This document shows positions 31,363 to 44,999 of a stretch of 64,000 nucleotides of DNA, in pieces. The notes under the pieces are model-generated. The model searched no databases and had not been told where the DNA came from. It saw only the letters and a list, made by a program, of their open reading frames with translations. Made by a program: the position numbers and the translations under genes. This DNA is from the human T2T-CHM13v2.0 reference genome, Homo sapiens. How positions within the stretch are numbered: position 1 is the stretch's first letter; each line of letters begins with the position of its first letter. The stretch lies in NCBI RefSeq assembly GCF_009914755.1, contig NC_060925.1, one strand, 5' to 3'.

Positions 31363-32473
31363 CCTAAATCCTTCCAGGATCAGAATCAGTACTGAAAGGA
31401 CATTTTTGAGGTGTTGGGGAGAAGTTTATCAAGTATTGTGACTCTACGATTGTTTCTCTATGTTTGATCTTCTTGAAGTTCTTACTCTGGGTCCCAGTGC
31501 CCACATCACACTGGCCCCCGGGGTGCACTCCTCCCTCCTACCATGTGGATTTAAGAAATCCTCTTTATCATCTTTCATGCAATTGAACCAAGCCAGAAAC
31601 TTTAGAAGTGTTTGTTATATGTTGAAGAAAACAAAAATAATAATAAACACAGAATGCACAGGGTATAGAAATGTTCCATCTAACAAAGTAAAAGTTGTGG
31701 TCCTAGGATAGCAGGCTTGTTCTTAGAAAGCCTATGACTCAACCATTCCATGTATTAGCCCATTCTACTCCCCTTACCTCTCCACAAACTTTCCCTTTAC
31801 CTATTTTTTAATTCTTTCCAGCAGTTCTAGTTTCCTCTCAGAGTAACCTATTACCAGGGTGACTTATACTAGGAATTAAGTTATATTTCAAAGGAAACCC
31901 TGCCTTCTAAAAAAAAAAAGTAGTTTTAGCTTTATAGACCTACCATATAGCATAGCCATATTATAATAAAGTACAAAACTATTTCATTCATATATAAGGA
32001 AATTCGTGATATAGCAACAAGGATATATCATTCCCTAGTAGTGGAATGCTAGAATATTTTTGTTTGTTTTCATCTCAAATTCTCTACAGTTAAACAATAA
32101 TGTAGTCACAGGATCCACTGAAAAAGTGACATAGATTTTAGTGGCCATGGAAAGAAAGTAACATGTTCAAGCTTCTCTTTAAAGACCTGACATTGAACTG
32201 TGTTCCTAAAAGTTTTATTGTATTGCTTTAATACTTGATTGAGTTTTCTAATAAGTATGACCTAATTCTAACAGTATTTGATGGTTTTATTTTTCTTTTG
32301 GTTGTCATAGCTTGCTAATTTGTTTTCATATTTCTTCCTCATACAATTGGTTGATGTTAGCTATGATAGACTTTTTGTGCCAGCTTATATAATAACAGGC
32401 AAAGTCCTGCCAACTAATAAATAAATTATCTTAGGCTAGTAGATCCATGACTTTTGGATTTCATGGGATAGTA

Positions 32474-32769
32474 ATTTTTTTTTTTCTGAGACAGAGTCTC
32501 CCTCTATCATCCAGGCTGGAGTACAGTGGTGCTATCACAGTTCACTGCAGCCTGGACCTCCCAGGCTCAAGTGATCCTCTTACCTCAGCCTCCCAATACT
32601 TGGGAATACAGGTGCACATCACCATGTCTGGCTAATTTTTAAATGTTATGTAATGACAAGATCTCCCTATATTGTCCAGGCTGATCTTAAACTCCTGGGC
32701 TCAAGCGATCATTCCACCTCAGCCTCACAAAGTACTGGGATTACAGATGTGAGCCACCATTCCCAGGCA
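32474..32769 (-). mobile_element. AluJ
   Basis: Reverse J-type Alu (ATCACAGTTCACTGCAGCCTGGACCTCC). Confidence 0.92.
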
Positions 32770-32992
32770 CTGGCAAATAATTTTAAAGTGAAGGTGAAAC
32801 CGATAAATGATTGTCAATGTTTTATTTTATCAAGTAAAAAACAGTGGAAAGTAAAACACGATAATATTATTTCATAAAACAAAGGATATTTTAACACTAA
32901 AGGAAGTCCTTTAACTGAAGAAATGAAGCTATGAACTCACTCCATTCTCATTTCGTTGGGGAACACTGAAGATGAACATCAAAGATCATCAC

Positions 32993-33368
32993 TGTTATTA
33001 AAAGAAAAACTTTAGACAAACTACATTTAACAGAGTTTAATTCAGCAAAGAATAATTTGTGAATCAGGCAGCCCCCCCTAAGCAGAATAGGTTCAGAGCA
33101 ACTAGACAGAGAAAGAAAAGTGACATTAAAGAAAACTATGGTAAGTGAGGTACAGAAACAGCTGAATTGGTTACAGCTCATTTGAACAGTTGGCGGCCTG
33201 TGAGTGGTTGAAGTATAGCAGCTGTGATTGGCTGAGACTCGGCTACTTGTTACAAGAGCACTTCCAATCTCTGTACACATCCAGGTAGGTTACAATTCAC
33301 TATGTACAAAGAAACCTTTAGGCTGAACTTAAACTATGTAAGGAGGCAGCTTTTGGCTAAACTTAATA
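32993..33368 (-). mobile_element. ERV1 solo LTR (MER57-like)
   Basis: AAAGAAAAACTTTAGACAAA...TTTAACAGAGTTTAATT...GTAAGGAGGCAGCTTTTGGCTAAACTTAA matches a reverse MER57-type LTR. Confidence 0.7.
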
Positions 33369-33886
33369 CTGGGCAATCTCCTGAATTAGAGGTTGGCAAA
33401 ACTGTTGAATTCTTAATAAATATTTCCCTCCAAACTTTTCAACTGCTTTAAATATTTCTGTAATTTTTATGAACTCTTAGATATGACAATACATGAGATT
33501 CAACAATATGGACTCTGTTGTTTTTCAAAGCCATTCTAAATTTAAAAACCGTTGAAGTAAACATTTCATTATACTTTTTTTATTATTATTAAGAACAGTA
33601 AACAGAAAGCACTGTAAAGTGCCATTGTCTTCTCTTGAATTCACCCAGAAGTTTTTTTTCTGTCTTGTGCTTTGTATCCAAAACTTTTATTATAAAAAAA
33701 GAATGCCATATATTACAAGTTTGAGACATACTATGCATTATTTTTAATACCTGTGACATTACTTTCTAACTAATGGCCTAATTTGACAAAGTAAGCCTCT
33801 AGTCTCATCACTCCATATCAATATGAATGTCTTCTTCTCTTTACAAGGCTATCTTACAGATAAAATTTATCTTGGAAAGTATTCTT

Positions 33887-33891
33887 TACAT

Positions 33892-33940
<49 letters not shown>

Positions 33941-33959
33941 ACACACATATATACACACA
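33887..33959. repeat. Compound (TACA)n(CA)n microsatellite
   Basis: Directly visible. Confidence 0.95.
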
Positions 33960-34489
33960 GATAAAAAGCGTTGGGAATTTTAAAAATTCTGACGAGGCTC
34001 TTTGCTTAATAAATGTGGTGTTCCTATATGTATTTTAAGCATATCTATCTAGAAATTTGTTGTTTCCTATGCAGAAAATAAAACACTGTATAGAAATAAT
34101 GAGAAACTCAAACTCCCTCACCCTTTGTTGCATAATAATCAATGTAAGATATTATAAGGAAGTATTTATTATATCAAAACGAAGGACATTATTCTGATAG
34201 CTGTTGGATCTAAAATATAACATTTGACTTTCAAAGCAAGTAAATCAGCAGAGTTCCATATAGGGACTCGACCAACAAAGGATCATGAAGTTAAAAAGTC
34301 TCTGTTAATCAATGACAAATTTAGTACTTGTTGCTACAATTACAAAGATAATAGTTCCTTTATGTCAGTGCCTTTGGTTTTGCAGCTGTAAAATAGCTTT
34401 GAAATTCAGCATTTCAAGGAATAGAAATTAATAGGAGGTCATTTCTACCAGAGAAATTTTAGGGGCCCATCCTCTCTAATCATCATTAA

Positions 34490-34960
34490 AAACTAAATCC
34501 GTAGGAGAAGAGGCACTTTACTGATTGTCAAGTGGAAGCTATTATTCATTTGATGAAGCTCTTGGCACCGTGCCATCGATTCTGCTCTACAGCCTGCTGC
34601 TTGTTCTCCTTCATCTCGTGCAATCAGGGTTGTTTCTGCCTGCCAGGAGCTATTTATAGAGCAAGGGGGGAGAAAAGCTGATATGTTCTCCTTTTTGAAA
34701 AACAACTTTCAAACTTTGTAAGTACAAATCTGTTTTCCTTGTCACCAGACTGTGTCTGCTTTTACGTCGATGTAGAAGATAAAGGAAGCTGACTTCAAGA
34801 CAACTGCCCTTCCTAATAATGATGATGGGATTTGGTTGAGTCACATGCTACACTCATATTGCCTCTAACTCCCCCAGGATTTATATTCCTCGAAACTACA
34901 TACACCGTCATATGTTCATAGTGTAATTTTGTCATTTCTACACTTTGTGTCCGTTCCTGT
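34490..34960. promoter_or_regulatory. Candidate enhancer or promoter with NFI, MEF2/TATA, GATA and AP-1 motifs
   Basis: TTGGC-N5-GCCAT 34562-34576; CTATTTATAG 34650-34659; AGATAA 34777-34782; TGAGTCA 34837-34843; several retained CpGs in non-repeat DNA. Confidence 0.5.
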
Positions 34961-36788
34961 TCTATATCTTAATAATTTCTGGAAGACACTCTCTACTTTC
35001 TTATTAAAAGTAAATATATTTGGCCCAAAAAAACCCTCAAAATATGAATGTAAGAAAACGGTTGGGGGCTTGATTTTTTTTTTTTTTTTTGAGAGCTGGT
35101 TTAAACTGAATTAACAGATTTTGGTGAAATTGTTCTTTCTACACATATAAAAAATGAATTTTCATAAATTTACTTAAAATACTGGTAATCTTAAGGTGAT
35201 ATAAACCTTATTCCCAATTTACCCACATGATATGGACACAGTACTCTCAAAGTTATCTGCAAGCATTTTCACTGTCTTGCATTGCAGTTGTGAACGTATT
35301 TTCTAATCTAAACTATTCAGAATCTTTATTTTTGAAAAAGTTTCAGACCTTAATCTCAGCAGTTGCAAAAACCATGTAAAATTTTTTACCCTCTAAAATA
35401 ATATATACAGAAAATAAAAACAAATAGTAGTCTGCATTCAATATGCTTATCATTAAGAATAGCAATAGCAACAGTTCTGATTGCTAAAATTTAATGAAAA
35501 GGAATCGTATTTGTTTAGAGTTAAAAAAACTGAACTTTAAAAATACATGAAAATGTCAAAATTATATGGCCATGGATTGTTTTATGCAGATTCTTTTGAG
35601 AAATTTTGTTGGTGACTCTATCAAATGTTTTAACAAGAGACTTTTTTTTAAGTAGCCATAGAGGGTCTCTAGTAAATGTTTGCTTACAAACAGAATATTG
35701 AAGACTCCCTTAGATTGTATTTTAAAAAATACAATAGAGGATTAGTCAGAGGAGTGAAGTTATTCTTAGGAGAATAACTTGAGCTAGCAGGGTGAGAAAC
35801 AGATCAAGGAATTTATTTGCTTTGTTTTACATTCTTAGAAGACCTACATTTCAACATCCCTTTTAGACTGTGGTATTTTCAGCATCCAGGCTTGCAGCAG
35901 TGACCAGAATAGTATGTTTATCTGTGAGGCTATAATACCTTTTCTTCTAAAACCTACATACCTACCACTAAGACATTTACCTAGAAAAAGCCAACATTAA
36001 ATTAAATAGCTTTTGAACAAAAGCTATAGAATAGAAAGTGAAATTATTTATCATGGATCCATGATAAATAGACAGTCAATTGAGATAAGAAGAAAATAAA
36101 AAGTTCATTTGACTCTGAATTTTTGAAAATAATTCTGCATGGCCTGAACTTCTAGATAATTTCTGCCCCCTTCCCCCTTAACTTTCAGTTCTCAAAACCT
36201 TTCTCTGTATTCTTTCATTCCACACAATGAAGCAACTGAGGCACTTTTAGGATGGGATTATTAAATCTCTGCCACTAATTTGACTGCTTACTACTGGGGA
36301 TCTGAAGGCTAGGCTACTGGAGCTAATCATCATCTTGAACATTTAATAATTCACTCAACAAGCATTTATTCAGTGCCTATTATGTGCCTACCATCATTCT
36401 AGCTGTTGAGATACATCAGGGAAGAAAAAAACACGAAAAATTTTGTATCCTCATTAAATTTATATTCCAAAACAAAGATCATCAAAAAATTGTCTTTATA
36501 AATATAGTCCTATGTTTCTCACAAATGAACATTAACTGAAGGGAGACACGTTCTTAACAGTTAGACAGTTCTTGAGCATTGCCCATATATGCCAAGTACT
36601 GTGTCAAATAGTTTTCTATGCATTATTTCGTTTAGTTAATCCCATTTAATCTTATTCTTCAAAAAAATTCCCATTATATCGATAAAGAAATGGATATTTC
36701 AAAATAATATTAAAATATTTGCTAAGGTTAGAGAGGTAAAGGGAAGATTTAACGCAGGTCTCTCTCATTTATAAGAATAGTCATTCCA

Positions 36789-37114
<326 letters not shown>

Positions 37115-38894
37115 TTAGTACCATTTATTCAGCAAATATTAAAAGTGCCTAATATGTGTCAGGCACTGTTTTAAACACAATATATTCATGAATCAAAGAG
37201 GACAAGGTCCTGCCTTGTGCCTCATAAACCCTAGTTGTAGCAGACAAACAGTAAAAATAAACATAACAGGTAAGCAAATATGTATTACGTTAGAAGGATA
37301 ACATTAGTGCATTGGGAAAAATAAGTCCAACTTTTTTGGTGATAACTGGAGTTCTTAAGTTAGAGAGAAAGAAAACTTTTTACTTCAACTTTTATAATTA
37401 AAAAAAAAAAAGAGCCCAGGGACCTGTGACTTAACAAAACACCCCAAAGGATAACTGTTAGAGAAGAACACACACTGTAAGGAAGAGGTGACTTCATACT
37501 GAGATAAACGGACACCTGTTTTCCACCACCGTGGAGAGCTGGACTTGTCATTTTGACCAAGAGGAGCTTGCGAATAAAGGACAAAGCAGGGCATCAGTAA
37601 TTGCCCATCTGGACTACAACAAACACACGTAAATCACTGGAAAATCACGTGTGGTTTGATGACATTTATCTACTTTGGCTTCCACTGACTGGCATGCCAA
37701 ACCTCAGACACCAAAATGACTAAAGTTGGGGAATAAATACCCATCATTAAATTTCCAGTAGTTTAATAATTATCCCTCTTCCTGAGGACATGATTAAACC
37801 TCATACAACAGCAAAACTCCAACAAACTAAGCGACTTGGCATCAGAAGTGAAGGGAAAGTAAATGTGAAAAAGAGAAAAAAGATGAAAGTAACAAAGAAA
37901 ATGAAAGAAAATAGAGGGAAGGAAAGGTATTGGCAACATATAGAGGAAAATCTCTTTGGTGGTTGTCAACCACCTTTTGGCTTAAGTCAATCCACCCACA
38001 GGCACTAAACAAAGTGATTTAGCAGCAATTTGGATTGTACCTCATTCCCACCATTCCAGGAGGTGGAACAAGCTCACCCTAGTGGCACCAAATAGTGCAG
38101 AAACACAGAAAATATAATTCTACCCTCCTGCCAAGCCTTTTCCTAGGGACAAGGATAAGGTAGATCTTTTTAGCACAAAAATGGTGAACTTTGTCTCTCC
38201 CTGTAGTACTAACTATATTTCATCAATATTGCTTCCTCAAGAGAGGAAAAAATGTAATCTATCTTTTAATATTATGTTAAGTGGTCCCAGAGTTATAATT
38301 GGCTCAAACCTCAGTCACAGTTCCTTATGATGGTTGAAAACTCAAAATAGTTTTATATCACTGGAACTTCCGGGTACAGCTGAAGGGAAAAAAAATCTTA
38401 TTACTGACTGGGACTAAGAGAAAAAAATTGACTAAAAGATGATGATAAATCTCATTTGTGATATAACGTAGGAATTACATATTAACTGAGGTCAAAATCA
38501 ATGCTCCTTAAGTGGGCTCCTTCTCCATCTTTCCTATTTATAAACTGAAAATATCCTAGCAGGTCAACTCCAGAAACTATGTCTATATTCCTCACTGCTA
38601 TAACTCTACATCCTAGAATAGTGCCTAATAAACAATAGCACTTAATAAATATTTGACCAGAAAAGTTCAAATTAATAAATTTATTAATATTATTTTTCTA
38701 CCTCACAGGAGTACAGTATCATTTAGATATAATTACACATTTCCTTGAGTTCATTAGGTACCCTACAAAGGCAAAATGACTCTTAAATTCATTGTATTGT
38801 ATACCTCATTATTGATTTTTATATAGAACTTTTTCTTTTTAAGTGAAAATACTGTGTTACTCTCTGGTCAACATATAAGTGGAAGGAAAGTAAC

Positions 38895-39130
38895 TAATAT
38901 TTATTGACTCACTAGGACTGGCATGTGCCACATGCCTGCATATGTACTATCTCACTTATTTTTCAGGGCACTCTGATAAAGTAAGCATTATTAATCCCCT
39001 TTTTACAAAGAAAGAGACATAAGTTTACAGAGATTAACTAGTTTGCCTAAGGTTACGTAACCAGTAAGTGTCAGAGTTCAAATTCAAACCCAGACCCTTC
39101 TGATTGCAACGTTCATACTCTTTCCTTCTA
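38895..39130 (-). mobile_element. MIR
   Basis: ATTAATCCCCTTTTTACAAAGAAAGAGAC...TTGCCTAAGGTTACG...CAAATTCAAACCCAGA. Confidence 0.65.
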
Positions 39131-39414
39131 TTATATCAAATTGGCAGAGGAAAACATATTAAAGCTACAAAACCAAGCATCCATCTGTCAGACTGAAAAA
39201 CTTCTCCTCAAGCTTGGGATATGTCTGAGCTCGCATGTTTGTGTTTTCATTATGATAATTCCAGCAAAGGAGAAAAATGTCAATTGAGTCCAAACACCAA
39301 AATATCTTTTATTTAAAGATTTTATTTTATAATCATATGCTAAGAAATTGCTCTTCTTTCAAAGGGGTCATTTTATTATAAATGTTTATTTCCTTATGTT
39401 TTAGCTTGACTTAC

Positions 39415-39721
39415 CTTTAGTCAGATCGATCAGAAGGAAAAACATAATTTAAAGAAAATCAGAGAAGGAATAAAAAAATACAAAGAAAAGAGAATTGGAG
39501 AGATCCTGAGCAGCATCCTGGTAAATCCACTGATGTCCACCAAGGAAGACGTAAAAAACAAACCTTTCTTGATGAATACCAGTTTCCTGGAAGTGGACAA
39601 TTATGTTCTTTTCATCCAGAAAGTTACTTAGAAAAGCCAGCATGACCTTTGCTTAAATCTCCTGTGAATAAGCTCTGGAAGATGTCCATGAAAGTGTAAT
39701 CCTATATGAAATTGAGCAATC
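39415..39721 (-). other. Candidate non-coding exon
   Basis: Minus strand CTAATTTCTACAG|GATT...AAG|GTAAGT in unique sequence. Confidence 0.3.
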
Positions 39722-41214
39722 CTGTAGAAATTAGATTGATTATGAATTTAAGTCTTAGGGGAAAAGGTCTTATGCTGGTAAGTGAAGCAAAGATTATCAG
39801 TACTTTCACCACTGGTATCACCTGCACATAGATATTGCACGCACCCCTGAATTAATAATTACCAGCATTGAAAACTAAAGAGAGAAGCCTTTGGTGTGAC
39901 ACAGGAGTGCTAGTATGTCTGTGTGTTTCTTTCTTGGAAAGAAAAAAAAATTCCCCCCCAAAAAAATGGCTCATTTTTAACTGGTCTATGTAAAACTCCC
40001 TATAATAAACACATGTTAAATTAAAGAAGAAATTATTCAGTAAAATTTATAAAGAAAAATCATTTTGATAAACTTTTGGCAGCCTCAAACTACTTTAATG
40101 ATCTGATCAAAGTTCGAGCATTGGTATTGGAAATCTCTATAAGTAAAACTCTGCCAAAAGCAGATATTAGGCCATGAGCATAAATAATCAGAATTATAAC
40201 CTACCAAAAAGTGGTCTATGTTACCAATCTTTACTGTGCCTCAGTCTTTCTCACCCTAAGATAGAGTTTGTAAGCAATTCCTTTCTAAAAGAAAATATTT
40301 TAAATCATATTTGTTCTATAAATAGGCAATTACCTATGTGGTTTCTTTTGAGGGATAGAGTCTATGTGTCCCAAATATCACCCTTTCTTACACACATACT
40401 GCTCTAAAACTAAGAAACTCACCAGTAATGATACTTCTTTGGTCTAAGAAATAATGTATGTTAACTGTCCATATAAATATATATCCTTTCCTTTAAGAGC
40501 ATAATTTGAGGGAAATTGAGTCTATTTCAATATGGGAAAGAAAAAATTTTTAATATCCATAGAAAAAATCAGATGGCAAAATACCAGTTAAATAAGTAAA
40601 GATTCCAGAGTGCGTGACAATAGAAAGTTAAAGGTAAATTTTTCTAAAATAATAACATAATTCATCTAGCTCACCTTACTTAAGAAGATTAATGTATGCA
40701 AAGCTCTCTGAAGTCCTTGGAAAAAAAGCCACAGAAATAGAGTTCGTAATTATAGCTACATCTCCTAGTGCCTAAACAAATCTTGGTTAAAAGTCACATG
40801 AATTCATTCAGATCACCAGACAACCATTTTAGTAAACTAAAAGTAAAAACTCTCACATGCTAGTCAAGAAGCCAAAGAGTTAAATGCAACCTGCAAGGGA
40901 TCTCATTCCAACCAGGATTCAACTTGGGTAGCATAAGAATCTGATTCACATATTTTTAATGGGCATCTTTCAGACATTTAAAGGAGAAAAAGATTAATAA
41001 ATTATCTCCAATCCCTACTCCTAACATGCAAGGAATGAAAAGACTGCCACCTGTATAGGATTTGAGTTTCATAGGCATGTTTACTACATCAAAGCATCAA
41101 GGGACAGGCTTTGAGAGAAGACAGACAAGATCAAGAGACTTGCACATTTTAAATAAGATGTGAAAATTATGACATAAAAAAGGATCAGAACCTCTCTTTA
41201 TTCATTCACAATTT

Positions 41215-41242
41215 TGAGGGCCCTTAAGTGAGGGCCCTTAAG
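41215..41242. repeat. Perfect 14-bp tandem duplication
   Basis: TGAGGGCCCTTAAG twice. Confidence 0.9.
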
Positions 41243-42389
41243 TTAGGCTTAAATTTACTGTATGTCTAGGAAAAGGTTTACTGTGTAAAAGGAAATTTAA
41301 GGAGTAACAAATGTATTTCATAGAGTTTATATGGGCTCTATGAAAGCAAGGTGCTTTGAGATTCAAAGATTAAAGGCAACTGTGGAGCCTCATAAAGCAT
41401 TCACATTCCCTAATGCTGTGAGAATATGAGAAACTTTCTCAGCTGTTGTCAAACAATTTTTTCCATATTTCTTCTTTTCTGGTGCTATCTGTACCAACAA
41501 AAGCAATAACACCTTACATTTAAGTTAAGCTTTAAAGATTACAAAAGGAGATATATGTTACCTTTTTTGATCCTTATATATATTCTGAAGGTAGTTATTT
41601 TTGTCTTAATGTAGATGAGGCAATTAAGATAAAAAGAAATTTAGTAATTTGCTCAAGGTTACATATAGGTAAGCAGCAGAATTAAGTGTCAAAGCCATGT
41701 CTTTGGACTCCACATCCATGACACTGTCCCCGACCAACCTAGATTTATCTACCAGGTAATGATATGGACAACCTGCTGATTTCACAAGGAAGACATTCTA
41801 GTCAGAACTGTTAAAATACTTGATTTTAGTATTAAGGCAAATTATAGTAATTTTCATCACTGATAGCACAGTGAAGGTGCAAACTACAACTCTTTTACAT
41901 GATGCACACTAAGCAAATTGATTAGAGATTTCAGGTTGTTTCTGGATCTGCCTAAGTGTGGCCATCTTGCTGATGCAAGTTTTTTGTTTTTTTTTTTTTA
42001 AATTTCTGGACCTGAACTTGTGAAACTGAGTTTCAGCAAATTTCAGGACGTGTTGATGCAATCCACATGTAGTGTGCATGAAACGCCTAGGCCATAGCCC
42101 CAGGGGCAGGTGGCTCCTTTGATCTTTATAGTTGTAAAGGAAACATTTGGTAATTAGACTTAAAAAGTACCCTGGAGGAAAACAGGAAGGCATTTGTACA
42201 ATGAAGTGAAACTCTTCTTTTTCTGCCTGAATCTCATTCTTTCAGGAATAAGAGAGTCTGAAGGAGAATTCTGAGGATAGAAGGAACTTCAGAGGTAATT
42301 GTTAGATTGGTTCTTGCAATAACAATAAAAATAGACGTAAAAAATCAAAAATAGCTGTTTATATCAAAGCTTATAACAAAAAGCTTCTA

Positions 42390-42718
42390 TAGTAGTATAT
42401 TTCAGTCAGACTTCACTGGGTAACAAACCACCTCCAAACCTAATGGCTTTAAGAAAAAACAAAACAAAACAAACAAACAACAACAAAAAAACGCTTTATT
42501 GCTTTTCACTATTCTGAGGGTTTGGCTGGGTGGCTCCTCTGCTGACATCACCTGCACTTTGCACTTACAAGCAGCATTCACCTGGAGGGTCAGCTATGTG
42601 GTCTATATTCAAGGTAGGAAAATAGACTTCACCTGTTGATGGCAGAAGTCACATTGCATAAGTTTGTGGACACAAGAAGCTTAATTCTTGAGAGGCCATG
42701 TTTTAACAGTCTACCACA
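42390..42718 (-). mobile_element. Old MaLR LTR (MLT1-like)
   Basis: GGTAACAAACCACCTCCAAACCTAATGGCTTTAA...TTTATTGC...CTACCACA. Confidence 0.55.
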
Positions 42719-42719
42719 C

Positions 42720-42890
42720 TAGGGTTTTTAACACCACCAGTACACAGAATCATCTATTCTGAAACAAAATACTAATAACAGTCTCACTCCTAGAGACTGA
42801 TTTAAGTTGTGTGGGGTGAAGCTCAGTCATCAACACATTTTAAAAGCTCTCCAGGTGATGAAAATTAAGCCAGAATTAAGAACCCAGGTT
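42720..42890. mobile_element. MER5-like hAT-Charlie MITE
   Basis: CAGAATCATCT...TTTTAAAAGCTCTCCAGGTGAT...GCCAGAATTAAGAACC. Confidence 0.55.
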
Positions 42891-44999
42891 TATATTTCAG
42901 TGACTGAATTTTTGCAGTTGCAGAATGAGTGAAAGTACTTCGCAGTAAGAATTTCATACAAATGTAAATGATAAAGGGTAAGATGAAATAGAAAACAGAA
43001 ATAGAAGACAGAAAAGTATTGAAACAATGTGGATAAAAAAACAGGACAGAGACACTGTCTCCATCAAAACTAGCTATGAATTTCTACCAGTAATATCCTA
43101 CTCAAGAGATATTGGTGATTGATGACTATACATTATATTTGTTGTTTGTTGTATTCATATGCATAGATATGCTTAAATATTTTATTATAAAATCCAGTAC
43201 ACAGTTCACTCATTTTGCTGTTTTAGTGTTTCTCAATTGATCCTTTGTATTTTCCTTCTAATACATGGGTTCTCAACATGGGCTGAACCGAGGAAGTTTT
43301 TTAAAGAATGCTGACTGATGCATAAGCCCAAACCCAAGAATTCTGATTTAAGTGTCCTGAAATGGGGCCCCAGTATCAATTCTTCAGGTGTTTCTATTGT
43401 GAAACCAAGCTTCAGAACTGTTGCTCTAAGACGTCATGTTAAACAAAACTTTTCAAGTATTCTTAAGGAGTGTTCAGCAATGACTCTGATAAATCAATAC
43501 TATGTTCTCTCTTAGGGTTCTAAAATAGCTCTATGAGGGCAGAACCCATATCTTGTTCAACTCCATATGTCCACATCCTGGCACAATGAGTGGCATAAGA
43601 CATAAACCAGCAATTGATTTATTGAATTAGCACCCCAACCTATTGTTATGTGAATTTGAGTGGTAACTGAATATGCAACAGTTTCCGGAAATACCTTGAA
43701 TTCATCAAAAACTTACTGAGAAATCTACTGTTGGCAAAGAACTGTGACAGCTGCCTCATATATATATATATTCATTGTATAAATGCCAAGCCATTGGAAA
43801 AAAAATGCAATTGGCAGCTACATCCAGGGTAAACTAGTAACTGCAAAATCTTGTATTGCTTGACTACCCAAGTATTAACTGAAATAGTCATGCCCATCAG
43901 ACACAGGCAGAGTTTATATAGTGAAACAACTTAAAACAGAGTTTATTAACAGCCAATATTCCTACACTCCATAGCACAGGAGTGACCTACCCAAGGACAT
44001 GAGTCTCAGGCACCCCAGCCCAATGCCAAACAACTGTATTTTTTACTCTTAGTTACATTCACCTTCCACATTTGCTCTTACTTCTTACTGTGTTCCAGCA
44101 TCTGTTGAACTCCTAAATCCTGTCTTAAACTTCTGTTCCCAACAATGTTTAGCCTTTGGAATTTGACTTCTCTAGTTTCAACCCTCCATCCTCTCTAGAA
44201 TACAGCTTAGACTGATTCCCTGACTTTTTTTACTCTCAGTCAATATCCAGAAAATGATGCCAGTGGATATCTAGACATGAGGCACTATCCATAATGTCCC
44301 ACTAGACTGTAACCCATGTAAATTTTTCCCTCATCCCCAACCCACACAGCTTCAGGTCAGGAAAAAATAGACTAAGCACTCAAGCTCAAAATCTTCATTA
44401 TTTTCATGATTTATTTCCAAGCCCTCTAGTCTGCCTACTCTAGAAGGACTGGAGGAGGAAATCAGGAACCCCTCACCTTGAGTAAACAAGTTTATAGACC
44501 AGTGGTCCAAAAGTCCCAGTGTTAAGATCAAACTAGCAATATTTTGATGTACCCCTCAACAAGTAGAAGCCTAACATCCTGGTGTTTCAAGGATCAATAT
44601 ATTTTATATATCTAGTCTTCTGTACCACACACTGGGGCTGCCCCTTCCTGTATCAAGAGAGTATATGGACTCAGGAGATTTCATAAATCAAGTTTTCCAA
44701 ACTAATATTTGGCATTCTCCTAAATAAGAGAATTAATAAATATAGGAAATGATGAATTTAGCAAAATCAAGCTGATTTATTTAGTGGAGGTCTTCTTAGA
44801 GCTTTTATATACACTGTGCCTTTCCAGCACCAGGTGGCTCCTAATGCTGCAAAATCAGTACTGATGATTTGAAGAATTCTGTGATTTCTCACTAACCATC
44901 CCAAATCTGGAGATGAGTAAACTGAATTTATATCATTTTATCTCTTTTTATATCTCATGATTGGCTGGGAAGAGAGGGTAGGAGGTACAGGTGGAGAGG

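Noticed and set aside
38920-38940. GGCATGTGCCACATGCC as a p53 response element
   Set aside because: The two CATG half-sites are out of register by one base and the sequence lies inside a MIR.
43935-44000. Minus-strand AATAAA resembling a 3'UTR end
   Set aside because: A single hexamer in AT-rich DNA with no linked exon evidence.
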